Shown: positions 1 to 14,312, counted from the stretch's first letter. The stretch: DNA of 64,000 bases from the human T2T-CHM13v2.0 reference genome, Homo sapiens (GCF_009914755.1 NC_060926.1), one strand, 5' to 3'. Notes: generated by a model from the letters alone, not told the origin. Translations and numbers: made by a program.

Positions 1-141
1 TCCCCTGTATGTTGTAAGATGTTTAGCAGCATGCTGTGTCCTTACTCACTAAATGCCAGTAGAATCCCTCCTTCCAAGTTATGCCAACCAAAAACATTGC
101 TAACATCCCCTGGGGAAAGATCATCTCTGATTGAGACCACT
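1..141 (-). mobile_element. MER20 hAT-Charlie DNA transposon, partial at window edge
   Basis: Reverse complement resembles recalled MER20 consensus (tgtaagatgtttagcagcat...aaatgccagtag...ttgagaccactg terminus). Confidence 0.75.
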
Positions 142-519
142 GCCTTAAGGGAACAGTGCATTTCACTCCATCAAAATTATTTTTAATCATTGCAACTCCA
201 TGAGTAAATTTAAAATGCAACACTATCATGAAGGAAGAAATGTACAACATACTATAAAGGACTAAATCCCTTATTATAGAAAGAATTTTTAGGATAAATA
301 CAAGATAAATGCCTCAGCGAAAAGGGCAAAGAAATAAACAAGCAATCTACAAAATAAACAGTCTACAGAATCATGCCATTTTATACAATCTTAAACACAA
401 ATAAAATGTTATGTATTTATTTGTATGTATATTTACTGGAGGATGGAAAGGAGGGAGGGAGGAAAACAGAAAAGGAAAGAATGAAGAAGGGAAGCAGGTA
501 ACTAGAATGGACCATTGTT

Positions 520-690
520 TTAGTGATTTGTCTAAGCAGCAGCATCAGTCAGGGAACTTTTAAAACACAGATTCCCCAGCTCCAGGCCATTCATCAGAAA
601 CTCTAAAGGTGAAGCCTAGAAACCTGGATCTTTCAACATTTCCCAGATGATTCTGATGCACCTGGCCCCAAAACCAAAATTTAGAAATTG
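520..690. mobile_element. MER5-like hAT-Charlie relic
   Basis: gcagcagcatcag...cagattccccagc...atcagaaactct...cccagatgattctgatgca motifs typical of MER5A/B. Confidence 0.6.
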
Positions 691-701
691 TTAGTACAAA
701 T

Positions 702-904
702 TAGAGGTTGGCAAATCACAACCACAGGCCAAATCTGGTTTGTTTTTTGTAAATAAAGCTTTATTGGAATACAACCACAGCCACCTGTTTATGTGCTGAC
801 TGCTTTTGCAATACACCAGCAGTTGAGTACTGACAACTGAAAGCGCCTGGCCCACAAAGCCTATATGATATTTGTTATCTGGCCCTTTAGTTTCCCAGTC
901 CCTG
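702..904 (+). mobile_element. MER58A hAT-Charlie MITE
   Basis: ggttggcaaat...caggccaaatctgg...gtaaataaagctttattggaatac...atctggccctttag...ccctg. Confidence 0.75.
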
Positions 905-1429
905 ATCTAGACAGTACAGACTTTGGGGTTCACAAAAGAGGGAAAACAGGTAGGTGGGGGTCACCTGGAAAGACTTCAAAAAAGAAAACTATCTTGAACT
1001 GGGCCCTACAAGTTTGATAGCAATAACATCTATTTTCTCCCCCCATGCAACTCCCTAATTGGACTGGTGTGCACCAAGTGATTAAATAACAGAAGAACCT
1101 TTGGCAAAACAACTTAAAGGACCAGATATTCTTTTAGTCATAATTATGTGCAGGAAGGTTGCAGAATAAATCTTGGTACTATGAAAAGAATGCTCATCTA
1201 GATAGTCCACCTTGAAGCAAGAACACAATGAAGGGTCATACCCCTACCTTTCCTTCACTAGAAGAAATATGGAAATTCTCCCTCTACCTTTCCATCCATC
1301 AGCTGAACTAAATGGAGATGAATGATGAGCAACCCATGCCAAGGCTAAATATAGAACTAGGTGGACCCATGGAAGACGATGGATGGGGAAAGGTCACACA
1401 GACTAAGGGGATATTGAAATAGCAGGAGA

Positions 1430-1680
1430 GTGACTCTGTCTGCCAGTTGGAGAGGGGGACTACAGCAAAGATGACTCCAGAATTTATAGCTTAGGGTTAC
1501 TGGAGAAATTAGAATGAACAATTGCCACCTGGAGGTACTGTGATATGGGAGAGAAAGACTGGGGTTCCAGTCTCATTTGCAGGTGATGTTGGACAAGGCA
1601 AGAAAGCTTCCTGGGGCTCAGCACACTCAACTGTAAAAGGAAGGGATGGGACTAGAACATTCTAAAGGCGTTTAAGTTCT
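1430..1680. mobile_element. Degenerate L2 fragment followed by MIR fragment
   Basis: aagatgactccagaatttatagcttag (L2-like) then gactggggttccagtc...actcaactgtaaaaggaagg (MIR-like). Confidence 0.4.
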
Positions 1681-2779
1681 TAATATTGTGTTTCTATGTC
1701 CAAAACAGGAATTGCAGTGGTTGTAAATGTCATCTTCCTTCTGAAACGCAAATGAACAATGTTGGGGTCCAACTGTCACAGTATTTTTGTCTCAAAAAGA
1801 AATTTTTCCCACCTTCTTCAATAAGGATTTCAACTATATTCCAACACCAACTGCTTACTCACCAGGAATAAAGATATAAAAAAAAATCACTATAGTGCTT
1901 ATGCCAGTAGTAGACTCAGCCAAGAAATGCATCCCAAGATTTTTTTCCCAAATCCAAATAATAAAAATGCTCATTCGCTTTACTGAATCAAGAACTATAT
2001 GTCTTAGTGAAATACACATTCCATGTTTTGATAGGTCTTTACTTCTGTATTAGAAACTCTACATCAATTCAAAAAATTATTCCAAGACTAATTTGGTCAG
2101 TCCATTATTCCCTCAATTCTGAGTCAGCTTTCTTGAAACCAGCTTGTCCTGATTTTTGTATGTGAGTTGAGTCACATTTGTAAGTAGGCTAAAAGGAAAT
2201 TATAAGCAGAATTGAAACGTGGCTATAAAATGAATCCATTAAAAATAAACTCTTACATATTGTTTCCCTACTTTTTCATGCTGTCTCTTTAAAACATACT
2301 GCATTTGGAAATTACCTTGAAATCTCAAGGTAATTGCTTTAGTCTGATTAACACATAGTGATAAGTCATAGTGATGAATCTATAAGCCCTGCTCAGCTGC
2401 AGATATATCAAGAATTAAAGGAATTGTTCTTCAAAAACCTGATCTTCCCTTTGTCCCTTGGTTTCCATATTTAACTAAGTCCTAAGAGATAGCACTCAAT
2501 TGCACTTACTGACATAGGCACACCAGCCTCAAATGAAATGCTTTTTTTTTTTTCACTTTTAATCATTCAAAGACCAATTTCTTGAATAAAAAAGTTGCAG
2601 AACAATTCCAGTGCACACATTTTTGTTTCGCCTCTCATCAGAGACACTCATACATCCTATCAAACTTTTTTACAAAACCACAATGCCATCAATACAGGAA
2701 ATATGTCGACTTCTGCCTCTTTCGTACTCAGGAAAAGAAGGCTGCAGGCAAACTGGGAATTAAATTTCCTGTGAAGATT

Positions 2780-4285
2780 GTATGATCATCTCAACCAATG
2801 CAGAAAAAACTCTTATTAAATTTAACATCTAGGTAGAGTGAAGACTTTTAGCAAACTAGGAATAGAAGGAAATTTCTTTTATCTGATAAAGAGTATCTAC
2901 AAAAAACCTTCAGCAAATATAATACTTATTGGTGAAAGGTAGAACAGTTTCTCTCTGAAACTGGGAAGAAAGCAAGGATGTTTGCTAATACCACTTCCAT
3001 TGAGCACTGCACTAAAGGTCCTACACAGTGCAATGAGGCAAAAATAAAAAGAAAGTATAAGGATCCACTAAGAAAATAAGCTGTCAATTACAGACTGTAT
3101 GATTATTCATGCAGATAAATTATTAAAATATGGAACTTCAGCAAGTTTGCTGCATGCAAGATCAAAATTTACCAAAAAATAAAAATATTTTGCATCTCCA
3201 TGTATCAGCAGCAAACTAAAGATCCTTTTCTCAAAGGTACAGTTTATAATAGATGAAAAAAATTAAATTCCTAGTAATAAATCAAATGTTAAAAATGCAT
3301 GATCTCAATGAAGATAATTGTAAAGGGGGAATATTCCAGTCATGAATTAGAAAACTTGATATTAGAAAGACTCAAATTTTTCTTAACCTACAAGATTCAA
3401 TGCTGCTACAACAGAAATCACAACATTTGTGTGCTTCTGTAAAATGGCCCACGATAGCACAGACACGCTTGAATAAGAACAATGTGGGAGGGCTTGCTCT
3501 ATTAGAAAGCAGGAATTTTAAAGCTATGGTAATTAGGATAGCATGACACTGGCAGAAAGATGAACAAATAGACCAATGGAACAGAGACAAGAAACAGAAA
3601 GGATCACACAGGGACACTTGACTTCTAGAATAGAGTCTTTTCAATAAACTGATATCCAATGAGAAAAAAATGAAGACTTTTCCCTCTCTCAAGCCATATG
3701 CAAAAATAAACACCAATTGGATTGTAGATCCAATTGAAAGGTAAAAAATTAAACTTCAAAAAGATAATAGAAGAGAATATCTGTATAACCTTATAGTAAA
3801 CAAATATTTAATAAACAGAACACAAAGAGTACTAACTATAAGAATATTAATATTAAATGACGAGTTAATGGGTGCAGCACACCAACATGGCACATGTATG
3901 CATATGTAACAAACCTGCATGTTGTGCACATGTACCCTAAAACTTAAAGTATAATAAAAACAAAAAAGAATATTAATGAGCTGGATGACAACAGTTATAG
4001 TATACTGATAAAATATACTATACAGCCATGAAAAAGAAAGAACTATAGCCTTATACAACAAGTAGAACAAATTCCCCAAACACAATGTTTTTTCCACTTG
4101 TGTAAAGAATATAAACAGCAAAAGTGACCCATGCTTGAAGTCAGAAGAGTGATTAGCTTTGCAGAGCTGAGAGAGGTGGGGACGAGGAAGCTGCTGGAGG
4201 GCAACATTGTCAACCTTGATCTGAGTGGTGGTTACACAGGTGTTCATTTTATGATAATACATTGAGCTGTACATATTTTGGGGGG
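2780..4285 (+). mobile_element. Old L1M LINE, degenerate ORF2 region and 3' end
   Basis: tatgatcatctcaaccaatgcagaaaaa...gcaaactaggaatagaaggaaatttc...gaatagagtcttttcaataaa; 3' end cttgatctgagtggtggttacacagg; no intact frame. Confidence 0.8.
3852..3965 (+). mobile_element. Very short L1PA 3' end inserted into the older L1M
   Basis: aatgacgagttaatgggtgcagcacaccaacatggcacatg...cctaaaacttaaagtataataaaaa; TSD aagaatattaat at 3840-3851 and 3966-3977. Confidence 0.9.
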
Positions 4286-4291
4286 GTGCTT

Positions 4292-4352
4292 TTCTGTGCT
4301 TTGCAATTTTGTGCTTTGCAATTTTTGTGCATATTTTGTGCTTTGCAATTTT
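4292..4352. repeat. Short imperfect tandem repeat, unit about TTTTGTGCTTTGCAA
   Basis: tgtgctttgcaattt occurs three times, seen directly. Confidence 0.7.
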
Positions 4353-6233
4353 GGAAAATTGTTTTTAAAACACCTACCATATACACATATCTGACATACT
4401 CTTTGTTCCTTGGTTGTCATATTTAAGAAAGATGATGAAACTAAATTGCCTCTACCCAAAAGTAACCATAAGGTTCCTTCCTGATTTTCCTCCCAGGTAA
4501 GAATGGCACACAGATTCCAGAGTGACTCTCCCTCCAGCACCACGGCCACATGAAGCCACAGGGACCAGGAGGGCCAGCAGAAGCCAAAATCCAGCAGCCT
4601 CTGTGTCCTCCTAATGACTTTGACCTTCCTTCTAGAAGACACAGAAAGCCAATGAAACATGCCAAACAGGGGTGGAAACTCAAGTCAGAGTAGCACTTTG
4701 AAAAGAACTTTCCACTTTTGTTGGGGACTCCAAAGACAGGGACTCCAAACATTTTAAATGTTCTCATTTCTTTATTTTTAAATAGGACAAATGACATGCT
4801 CTTTATTTTTAAAGAATAAATAAAGAACAAATGACACCAATGTGGGGTAGCAGGGAGTTGGAAAACCAGGCACATAGTAGGCTCTCAAAAAATATTTCTT
4901 GTCTGAAACAAAGAAGAGACCCCATTGCTTTCTAAATCATTCTTTATTCAGAGTATTCCCTACCAGGAAGAGTGTTCTTCTGTATCTGTTAGGCTCGGTG
5001 GCCTGGGATCCTTAAGAGAAGTTGGAGAGAGAAATCTATGAGTGCCTGTGAAACCAGGTGCAAGAGCAGAAAAATCAGGGTCACCTTGTTTAGTAAAAGT
5101 CGGGGGAGGCTTTGGGTTGATCCGCCAAGTGCCAAGTGTTCTTGTGTACCTGCCTGGCTTCTTGACTGCTTTGATGTGTGTTTTTCTCTCTGCAGGCACA
5201 CAAAATTCCCTCTGCTCTCTTTTCAGCTTTTCTAACCTTACTTGGAAACAGCTGCTCTAATTTTAATACCCATCTGCTCCCGGGAATAGGACAAAAATCA
5301 GTGGCTCTGCAGATAACTCTAAAGTCTTTGGGTATCCAACTTCATTTATCTGGAGATAAGCCTTCTATATACAGCAGGCTTCATATAGACAGCTACACTA
5401 GGAACAAAACTAAAAAGGAAAATGAGTAAAAATTCAAGCAAAAGAGCAGGTGGCCCTAGATATCCAGTACCAATTGTTTTAAAATCAACAAGAGCCAAAG
5501 ACCCACAAATTGCACGTGTGTTCAGATTGTCTCATTGCAAGATTAAAAAGAGGATCTTTGATTGGCTAGCAAATCTGCTCAATGGCCAGGGTTGTTTTAT
5601 TTTTTTTTCTCCATGAGGAAGCTGAGAGGACCTTCGTAGTTATGAAAGACAAAAGAAACAAAAGAAAAAAATAATAACAGAACAAAAAACAGGGCTGAAA
5701 GTGGAAGAGGTCACCCGTAAAAGCCCTACCAACTAGAAACAGTCATGGATTGTGAAGCAGAGAAACAAGGATGGTCACAACAGAGACGGGAGTTTCTGCA
5801 GCCTAGGAGTTCAGACAGGAAGCAAAGGGATGAGGGCAGAAACCCACCACCACCTTAATTCTGCAGCTCTGTGGACACTATATATAAGCTATACAGGGAA
5901 GCAGAAGAAACCTGTATAATTGTATCTAATGAAGCAGTATGGCAAAGGTACTGTAGCTTTGAAGACACTCTACAGTACTGATCATTCAAATTATCTCTTT
6001 TAAATGCAAATATTTAGCATTTCCAATTAAGGCATAACATTAGAAGGCTAGAAGAACCCACTGGGAAAACTGTCAGAAAAGTATATCCATAATGGCTTTT
6101 CAAGCTAACAATTTTTGAACACAGAGCATCCTCTGAACTGTTTTAGAATGTTGATGAAATCAATCCCATTTAACAATGCTTGCCATGTTGAACTATGTGA
6201 ATTGTTAGTGTATAAAGATTATAGACACCATAA

Positions 6234-6446
<213 letters not shown>

Positions 6447-7155
6447 TCATAGACACGTGACTTACCTTGCATATGCAAATGCCATAGGCATCCATACAAC
6501 AGAAACTTCGATGGAAAATTTCACCATTCGAGATTTTAATTGAACTGATGGCCAGGCCCTTCTCCAGTGGAAAAAAAATTAGATAAAATTAAAAATGCTT
6601 TCATTTGGAGGTAAGCTTTAAAAAGGGGTGGAAGAAAAGGGGGATCCTCAAGTTTCAGGAATGATTAGAAAATTCACAACCAGAGAACTTAGCACATGAT
6701 GAGACTGCATTGACCACACAGCCTACAGAGCTGGAAATAAGACCTACAGTTCTGGGAATTGGGGTTCTAAAAATCACATGGGAGTGTTCCAGCTCTTTTA
6801 GAATCTGTCTAGCAGGCTTTCTGGTTTTTACAGGAAGGCCCCTCTCACACACACACACACATACTCAAATGGGGCCTTGAGCACAGGAAAGGAGAGGCAA
6901 CTATAACTGAGCCCACAAATGAAGCCTCTTAGAGCCTCCTGTCTGTTTAGAGAGAGCAGAAGGGACACTAGAGAAATCCACCAGCAGGCCCGAGGTAACA
7001 GCAGAAAAACTGACATCTCTACAGTCTTTGGATTAAAAAAAAAATAAAATTCCCATGAATAATTAAAATCTCCCATATGAATGTCCCCTGTGATTAACAA
7101 CATCTCCTTCATGTGGACATCCTAAACCAAAAATTAACATAAAAAATGTGTTTAG

Positions 7156-7470
7156 GGCCAGGCGCAGTGGCTCACATCTGTAATCCCAGCACTTTGGGAG
7201 GCCAAGGCAGGAGGATCACTGGAGGTCAAGAGTTCAAAACCAGACTGACCAACATAGTGAAACCCTGTCTCGATTAAAAATGCAAAAATTAGCTGGGCGT
7301 GGTGGTGCGCTCCTGTAATCCCAGCTACTCGGGAGGCTGAGGCAGGAGAATCACTTGAACCCAGGAGGCGGAGGTTGCGGTGAGCTGAGATGGTGCTATT
7401 TGCACTCCATCCTAGGCAACGAGAGCAAAACTCCATCTCAAACACCACCACCACCACCAACAACAACAAC
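7156..7470 (+). mobile_element. AluS (Sq/Sp-like) with (CAC)n(CAA)n tail
   Basis: Full dimer; TSD aaaaatgtgtttagg / aaaaacgtgtttagg. Confidence 0.95.
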
Positions 7471-7824
7471 AAAAACGTGTTTAGGATCAGTACAGAAGTG
7501 GAGTGACACTTTTCACAATACAGGACACATGGGACTCACGCACATGCCTGTGTACACACAGACTCTTATCAAATCAGCACACAGCAAAAAATTACAAACC
7601 ATACAAGGAAATAAGCCACCATCAGCACTTGGAACTGTGGATAAACGGTCAACAAAACCTTTTCCACTCCTGCATGAATATATATTTATGCATTTTAAGA
7701 TGAAATAAGATGCTTAAAGTAGATCTAAAACTTTTTTTTAATTCCTCACAACTTCTTTAATTAACTGACCTGATTAAACTGTCCTGATATCTTTGATAAG
7801 AAGACTTCTACTAAAGATATTAAT

Positions 7825-8010
7825 AGCTAAGATTTCTGAGTGCTTATGCTATATCTGGCATGGTTCTCGTCGTGCTCCCTATGTTAATCCATTTAATCTT
7901 CACTATCACCCTGTGAGGCAGTTACTGTTATCTGCATATTATCTCTGAGGCTCAGAAACTAACTTGTTCACGGTCCTTCAGCTAGTAACATAATGAGAAT
8001 ACTAATCCAG
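7825..8010 (-). mobile_element. MIR SINE
   Basis: atagctaagatttctgagtgcttatg...atttaatcttcactatcaccctgtgaggcag...ctgaggctcagaa. Confidence 0.65.
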
Positions 8011-8269
8011 GTAGAACAGTACAATTCCAATCAAAATCCCATGCTTCTTTTTTGTTTTCTGACTTATCAAATTGATCTAAACACAAATGAGAGATGAAAG
8101 GACCAAATATTTTCAAGATAATTTGAAGAAGAATAAAGATACATGCTTTATTCCCTCCCAGAAATAAAAATTTATTATAAATCTATAACTACATTGAACA
8201 ATGTTTCAGATGAGAGAGCACAGAGATTTGCCATGTAGAGAAACTTAGAATATAACAGGGAAGGCATTA

Positions 8270-8758
<489 letters not shown>

Positions 8759-8759
8759 T

Positions 8760-8968
8760 CAGGAGTTGACAAATTACAGCTCACAGACCAAATGTGGCCC
8801 ATCACCCAATTTTAATAAATCAAGTATTCTTGGAGCACAGTCACACCTGTCAGTGTGTCCATTGTCCAAAGCTGCTTTCCCACAGTTGAGTAGTTGCAAC
8901 AGACATGTGACCCACAACGCCTAAACTATTTACTCTCTGGCTGTTTGCTGAAAGTTTGCTCATTCCTG
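8760..8968 (+). mobile_element. MER58A hAT-Charlie MITE
   Basis: caggagttgacaaattacagc...ctgaaagtttgctcattcctg; partial 8-bp TSD ttttaaat / ctttagat. Confidence 0.7.
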
Positions 8969-9474
8969 CTTTAGATGAAAATATAGGACAATATCTTTCT
9001 GACATCAAGATAGAAAAGAATCTCTTAAATAAGACTCATAAAAGGTGAATAAATTAAACCGCATGAAAATTTAAATGAACTAGAGCTATATCTGAAAGCC
9101 ACAGACAAATCGCAGAAACACCATAGTGAGTGGGAAAAAAGCAAGTTGTGAAAGGATCCTGCAGTGTCATACGTCTGTGCACATTTTATGCCTATATTGT
9201 AAAAATATTTTAAGAGATGAAAGCTTACAACCCAACTTGGAAGAATCATTGTTTCTGGGTAGAGAGGGAGGGAAGTGGGTTGGGGAGGAGTAGGGTAGTG
9301 GCAGTGAGGGTGGCGGGCTTTAACTGTATTTGCCTGTTTTATTTATTTATTTTTAATAATTGGAAACCAATATGGCAGAATGATGTTTGTTGAATCTCAG
9401 TGGCAGATGCTAATTATACTATTCTCCATTCTTTCTTGTAGGTTTAAAATAGTTCATAATAAAGATTTTAATTA

Positions 9475-9785
<311 letters not shown>

Positions 9786-9840
9786 AAAATGTGATCTTCA
9801 TCATTCAAGCACCTTCTCTGTTCCAGGCATTTCTGTAGCC

Positions 9841-10179
9841 CAGGGGCTGGCAAATTCTGACCCACAGGCCAAATCTGACCTGCAACCTGTGTCTGTACAG
9901 CCTATGAGGCAAGAATGATTTTTATGCTTTTTAAAGGTTGGAAAAATCAAAAGAAGGTTAATATTCCAAATAATCATGTAAATGTTCGATAAGATTCAAG
10001 TTTCAGTGCCCATCAATAAAGCTTTATTGAAACACAACCACACTCATTCGTTTTACATATTATCTGGCTGCCTTCACATGGCAACGGCACAGGTGAACGG
10101 TTGCCACAGAGACCTTGTAGCTCACAACGCTGAAAATATTAACTATCCGCCCTTTACAGAAAAAGTTTGCTAACCCCTG
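9841..10179 (+). mobile_element. MER58B hAT-Charlie MITE
   Basis: Terminal inverted repeats caggggctggcaaat and agtttgctaacccctg; about 340 bp with internal aataaagctttattgaaacac. Confidence 0.85.
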
Positions 10180-11063
10180 CACTAGGCCCTGAATACATGC
10201 AAAGCCTCTGTTCCTAACGTGCTGGTGGAGGGACACAATGACAAACACCATAGACACAGCAGCAGTGTCACACATTGCTGCTTATGTGTATGACCCAATG
10301 CAGGAAAAGGCAAGGACGATTTTCTTCTGTGGATTGTACATTCTACTTTTTATAGCTTCAATAAAAATGGCTAAATAATTGTGGAGCTCTCCCAATGAGG
10401 CAGGAGTAATGTCTGGATTGTAATATTTTTACTATGTTCTTCTTCCCAGAATTATATCACTGATTCAGCCCATTGGCTAGAAATATTCAGAATGTGAAAT
10501 TTTATCACATAAAAGTTTTTGCCATGAGAAAAATCAATCCATCCTGCAAAAATTATAATAGGAATTTAAATAACAGCATAACTTTGCAGATGATTATTTT
10601 AATGTCATTTGTGTTTTAAGTTCTGTTTGACGTAAAATATTAACATTGTGCCCTGGTACCATTTGTTTTGACGATGGAAGATTTTCAGACTTTGGAATAA
10701 GCCATGCCCAATAAACCTAAGCACAAGTTCTGAAAATAAACAGGAAGGATGAGTGTCCTTTATCAATGAAGAGAGCAAATGACACAGAAAAGGGAGCATT
10801 TGTGGCCCACTGTGTCGTGCTGCAGAAATCTCAGGAAACACTCTCAACGGCCTCACAGCGCATGGACACGGTAGAAGAGAACGGTTTCCTGGAAAGTAGT
10901 AAGTTCACTTAGAAGAATGTTATTCAGAAAGCAACTGTTCCACATTCTTAACTGAGACCCGCATTCAGATGGCCAGTTCTATCCAGCGGGGAGCCTGCAG
11001 CTGACGTTCATGAGGATGGCTCAGGGTCATGGGAACACCATCATTGGGTTTGCATTTGCTCCG

Positions 11064-11332
11064 TTTGGCAATGCGCAGAAATGTGTCATTTCCTCAACCG
11101 CCGACAGTGTACTGGAAGATCAGTCACCAGGACTGGGTTCCAGTCTGCGGTCCTTTCGTGATACTTAGGCATCTTAGAGAACGGTAAGAGCAGCTTCATT
11201 TGGCAATGCTCAGAAATGTGTCATTTCCTCAACCACCGACAGTGTACTGGAAGATCAGTCACCAGGACTGGGTTCCAGGCTGCAGTCCTTTCATGATACT
11301 TATGCATCTTAAAGAACCATAAGAGCAGCTTC
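11064..11332. repeat. Direct tandem duplication, period 135 bp, 2 copies
   Basis: 11064-11197 aligns ungapped to 11199-11332 with 9 mismatches by manual alignment. Confidence 0.95.
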
Positions 11333-11377
11333 CAAGTCTGTCAAATGCCAATATGGCAATGTGTACGCTGCTTACAT

Positions 11378-11924
11378 CCACAGTTCCCAAACTGTGTGCC
11401 AAAGTGCTATGGGGTGCCAAGCTGAAGGCACAAGGCACCACAGATTATATTTTTTAAATTTTCAAGAGAAACACAGGATCTACAACTTCTGTCAGATATT
11501 TCACAAACTACTAGCTAGAAGTAGTTCATTGTTTCAACATTAGATCCTGTTACATTTTGATGATACCATATCTTACCAAAGCTGGGTTTTTCAGCAATTA
11601 CTGGGATAAGAAAAGCAAACACTCCCTGAAAGTCGATGTGAACAGGAAATGAGGTGATCAACTGAGCAGCTGTATAGTGCCCCACAGGCACATAGTCCCA
11701 GCAGTATGTAACTGCAATTACTTAAGAATAAAGTAAATGTATTTTTTTCTTTCAATTTATGTGTTATTTTTTTCAAACAGCTACGAAGTCATTTGCACAT
11801 AAGTTGTTGGGATCCAACTACTTAATAAAAAGAACCATTAGCAATGCCTTTTGGCCTGAAGCACTATAAAAAATTTACTGAGATGCTAAGGCCACCAGGA
11901 ACCAAGAAAGTTTGGGAATCCCTG
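11378..11924. mobile_element. hAT-Charlie-type non-autonomous DNA transposon
   Basis: Inverted termini ttcccaaact / agtttgggaa; perfect 8-bp TSD gcttacat at 11370-11377 and 11925-11932. Confidence 0.85.
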
Positions 11925-12599
11925 GCTTACATGAAAACAGTTGTTGTGACACAACACATTAAAAGTTCTTCATAAAATGGGTCACTTTATAAATTACATA
12001 AGAAGTAAATTTACAAAGTTCTGCCACTTAACAATTTTAGAAATCTCAATAATCAGTCCTTATCTTCTAAAAGAACCAAATAGCTGGAATTCCAGGAGAC
12101 CAGTAGGCAGACCACAGACAGAACAGGCTTATCGGCAAATTGATTGAAATCAACTAGGTTGGCAAAGCATGCAACTGACACAGCTCTGAAAGATCCCCCA
12201 ACCACTCCAACCTTGTGAGGTTTCACCTTCGCTTTACAGAGAAGGAAACCAAAGTCCTATGGGGTTAGATGCAGGTTTAGGGTCCCTAAGTGACAGAGCA
12301 GAACTCCAACCCAGTTCTTTGAACCTGGCTCCACCAGCCCTTCCTCTAAGACGTACTGACAGGAAATCATAAATAACCACCTTGAAACCTTCGTCACACA
12401 GTGTCGGTGGGATGTTACACCGTCTCCATAACCACTCAGTCCTGAGTCTCTTTGAAGCCCTTTTCTTCGATATGCAGGTAAGGAGTGTGAAGCTTTTGCA
12501 TTGGTAGCCTGTCACTTTTTGTTATCCTATTGTTCCTATGTTTTAGCAGCTGATCAATCACAGCGTGGATTAAGGCATTAGTTGCAAACTGAAGTCAAC

Positions 12600-12762
12600 C
12601 ATACTCTGGAGTCAAGCGCTGCTAGAGTCAAATCCCAGCACAGCCACATAATACCTCTTAGTCCTTAAGGAGTTAAAGTAACTTCTCAACTCCTCACTTT
12701 TTGAATATTTGAAATGGGGATAGTACTTTCTTTGAGGGACTGCTGAGGATTAACAGAGAGAA
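12600..12762 (+). mobile_element. MIR SINE
   Basis: actctggagtcaag...agtcaaatcccagc...aacttctcaactcctcac...gaaatggggatagtac...tgaggattaa. Confidence 0.6.
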
Positions 12763-14228
12763 TCTAGGACTTGGGTACAAAACTCTGATCGGTGGAATTG
12801 GGATCTCTGGTCACCCACATAAATATCAACTGACCAGGCCAGAAAGGCTTCAACTGAGTCCACTGTTGGGGATCAGACATTATGGGCATTCTGGATACAC
12901 TGGGGGACCCTGGTGGAAGCCTGACTGTTAAAAGGACAAAACATCCCAGAGAGAGATTTACTGTAAAGGGGGAAGGCATCTGGTAGAGCCAGCCACAGCC
13001 AGTAAAGATGCCTCAGGTGAGGGAGAACAGCTCTGGGTCCAAAACTTCCATTGGTATCAGACTTAGACTGGCCCAGCTGTGCGTGAGAGCTGTCCACAAA
13101 GAGAGCTGTCCCTCGGAAGCTTGCAGCTCTATGATTCCAGAAGCCTCGCTGCGGACACAAAGCTGGGTGGAACATGCTGGGCTCACTGTTTTTTGCACTT
13201 TGCCAGAATGGCCTGGAGTTACCAGGCTATTTGGCCCAGGTTTCGCTTTGACCAATAGTAGGCACAATGAGCTCCAAACTGGTTATCTTTGGTCTTCTGA
13301 CCTAACATCTAGAGTCTGTGATAATTTTATGAAGGACTCAGTTATTTACTTTCCCTATCACATCTACACACACGGGGAGAGAGAACTGGATGAACTAATA
13401 AAAAATCTTAAAGTGACAAGTTCTATTACTATGTGGTAGAAAGCAAGAACGTATTCCAATATACAAAACTATTTTGGACCAAAATATGTATTTGCATATT
13501 TCAGGCAAATGTACAAGTGACTTGCTAAAATAAAACAATAGCTTATCTCTAGTTAAAATTCAATCGCACTTGCATCCTCATTAAAACATTCGCATTGTAA
13601 AATGTCCAACATGAGATACTGTTATCAGTATCTCTATTGTGCCCAGCTCTTCAGGGAAGATTTTCAGCAAACAGCCATTAAAAATCTAATTTCGCTGAAT
13701 AGAATATAGATTAACGGCCAGTTCATTCTATAAATATTGCTTCTAAAAACAGAAGTTTTGCTGGTAACAGAAAAAAATAAAATCCAAACAGCAGTACCAA
13801 TTACTACAGCAGCATTTTTAGTAGTTTGGCAATCAGTATGAACCATTGTAAAAAGCAAAATCAAGCATTCAAGCATGTGGCTGCCAAAGAGCCAGATCAC
13901 CTGAATTACAGTCACAGCAAATTTAATTTATGAACAATAACATACTCAATGCATTGCGTAGAAAATAAAATTCATGACAAATTTTCATATAACTGAGCAG
14001 TGCTATGAGCGTTGAAAATAGGATTTCCAAAACTAAAAGTAACCCTGTAAGGCAAATATTACCAACTCCATTTCAGAGGTGAGACATCTAAGACTTAGAA
14101 AAGTTCACAAACCACAAACATAATATATGGCGCAGGGAAGAGTCAATGCCAGATTGTTTTTACTATACTCTACATTTCCAAAAAAAAAAGAAAATTAAGA
14201 GCTAAGTTTCCTGGGTATTTTTTTTTTC

Positions 14229-14312
14229 TTTACTTTAAAGGAAAGACGTTACTTTTACTTTAAAGACATTTCATTTACTTTAAAGACATTTCATTTACTT
14301 TAAAGGAAAGAC
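14229..14312. repeat. Short compound tandem repeat
   Basis: tttactttaaag occurs four times (14229, 14254, 14274, 14294) with a 20-bp internal period. Confidence 0.75.

Noticed and set aside
6460-6580. Minus-strand exon ending in AAG|GTAAGT at 6466
   Set aside because: The donor is strong but the first AG after the T tract is a rare GAG acceptor, and the peptides are not recognisable
11064-11332. Repeat arrays as CRISPR-like loci (also 14229-14312 and 21961-22314)
   Set aside because: Head-to-tail duplications with no unique spacers, no cas genes, and a mammalian context
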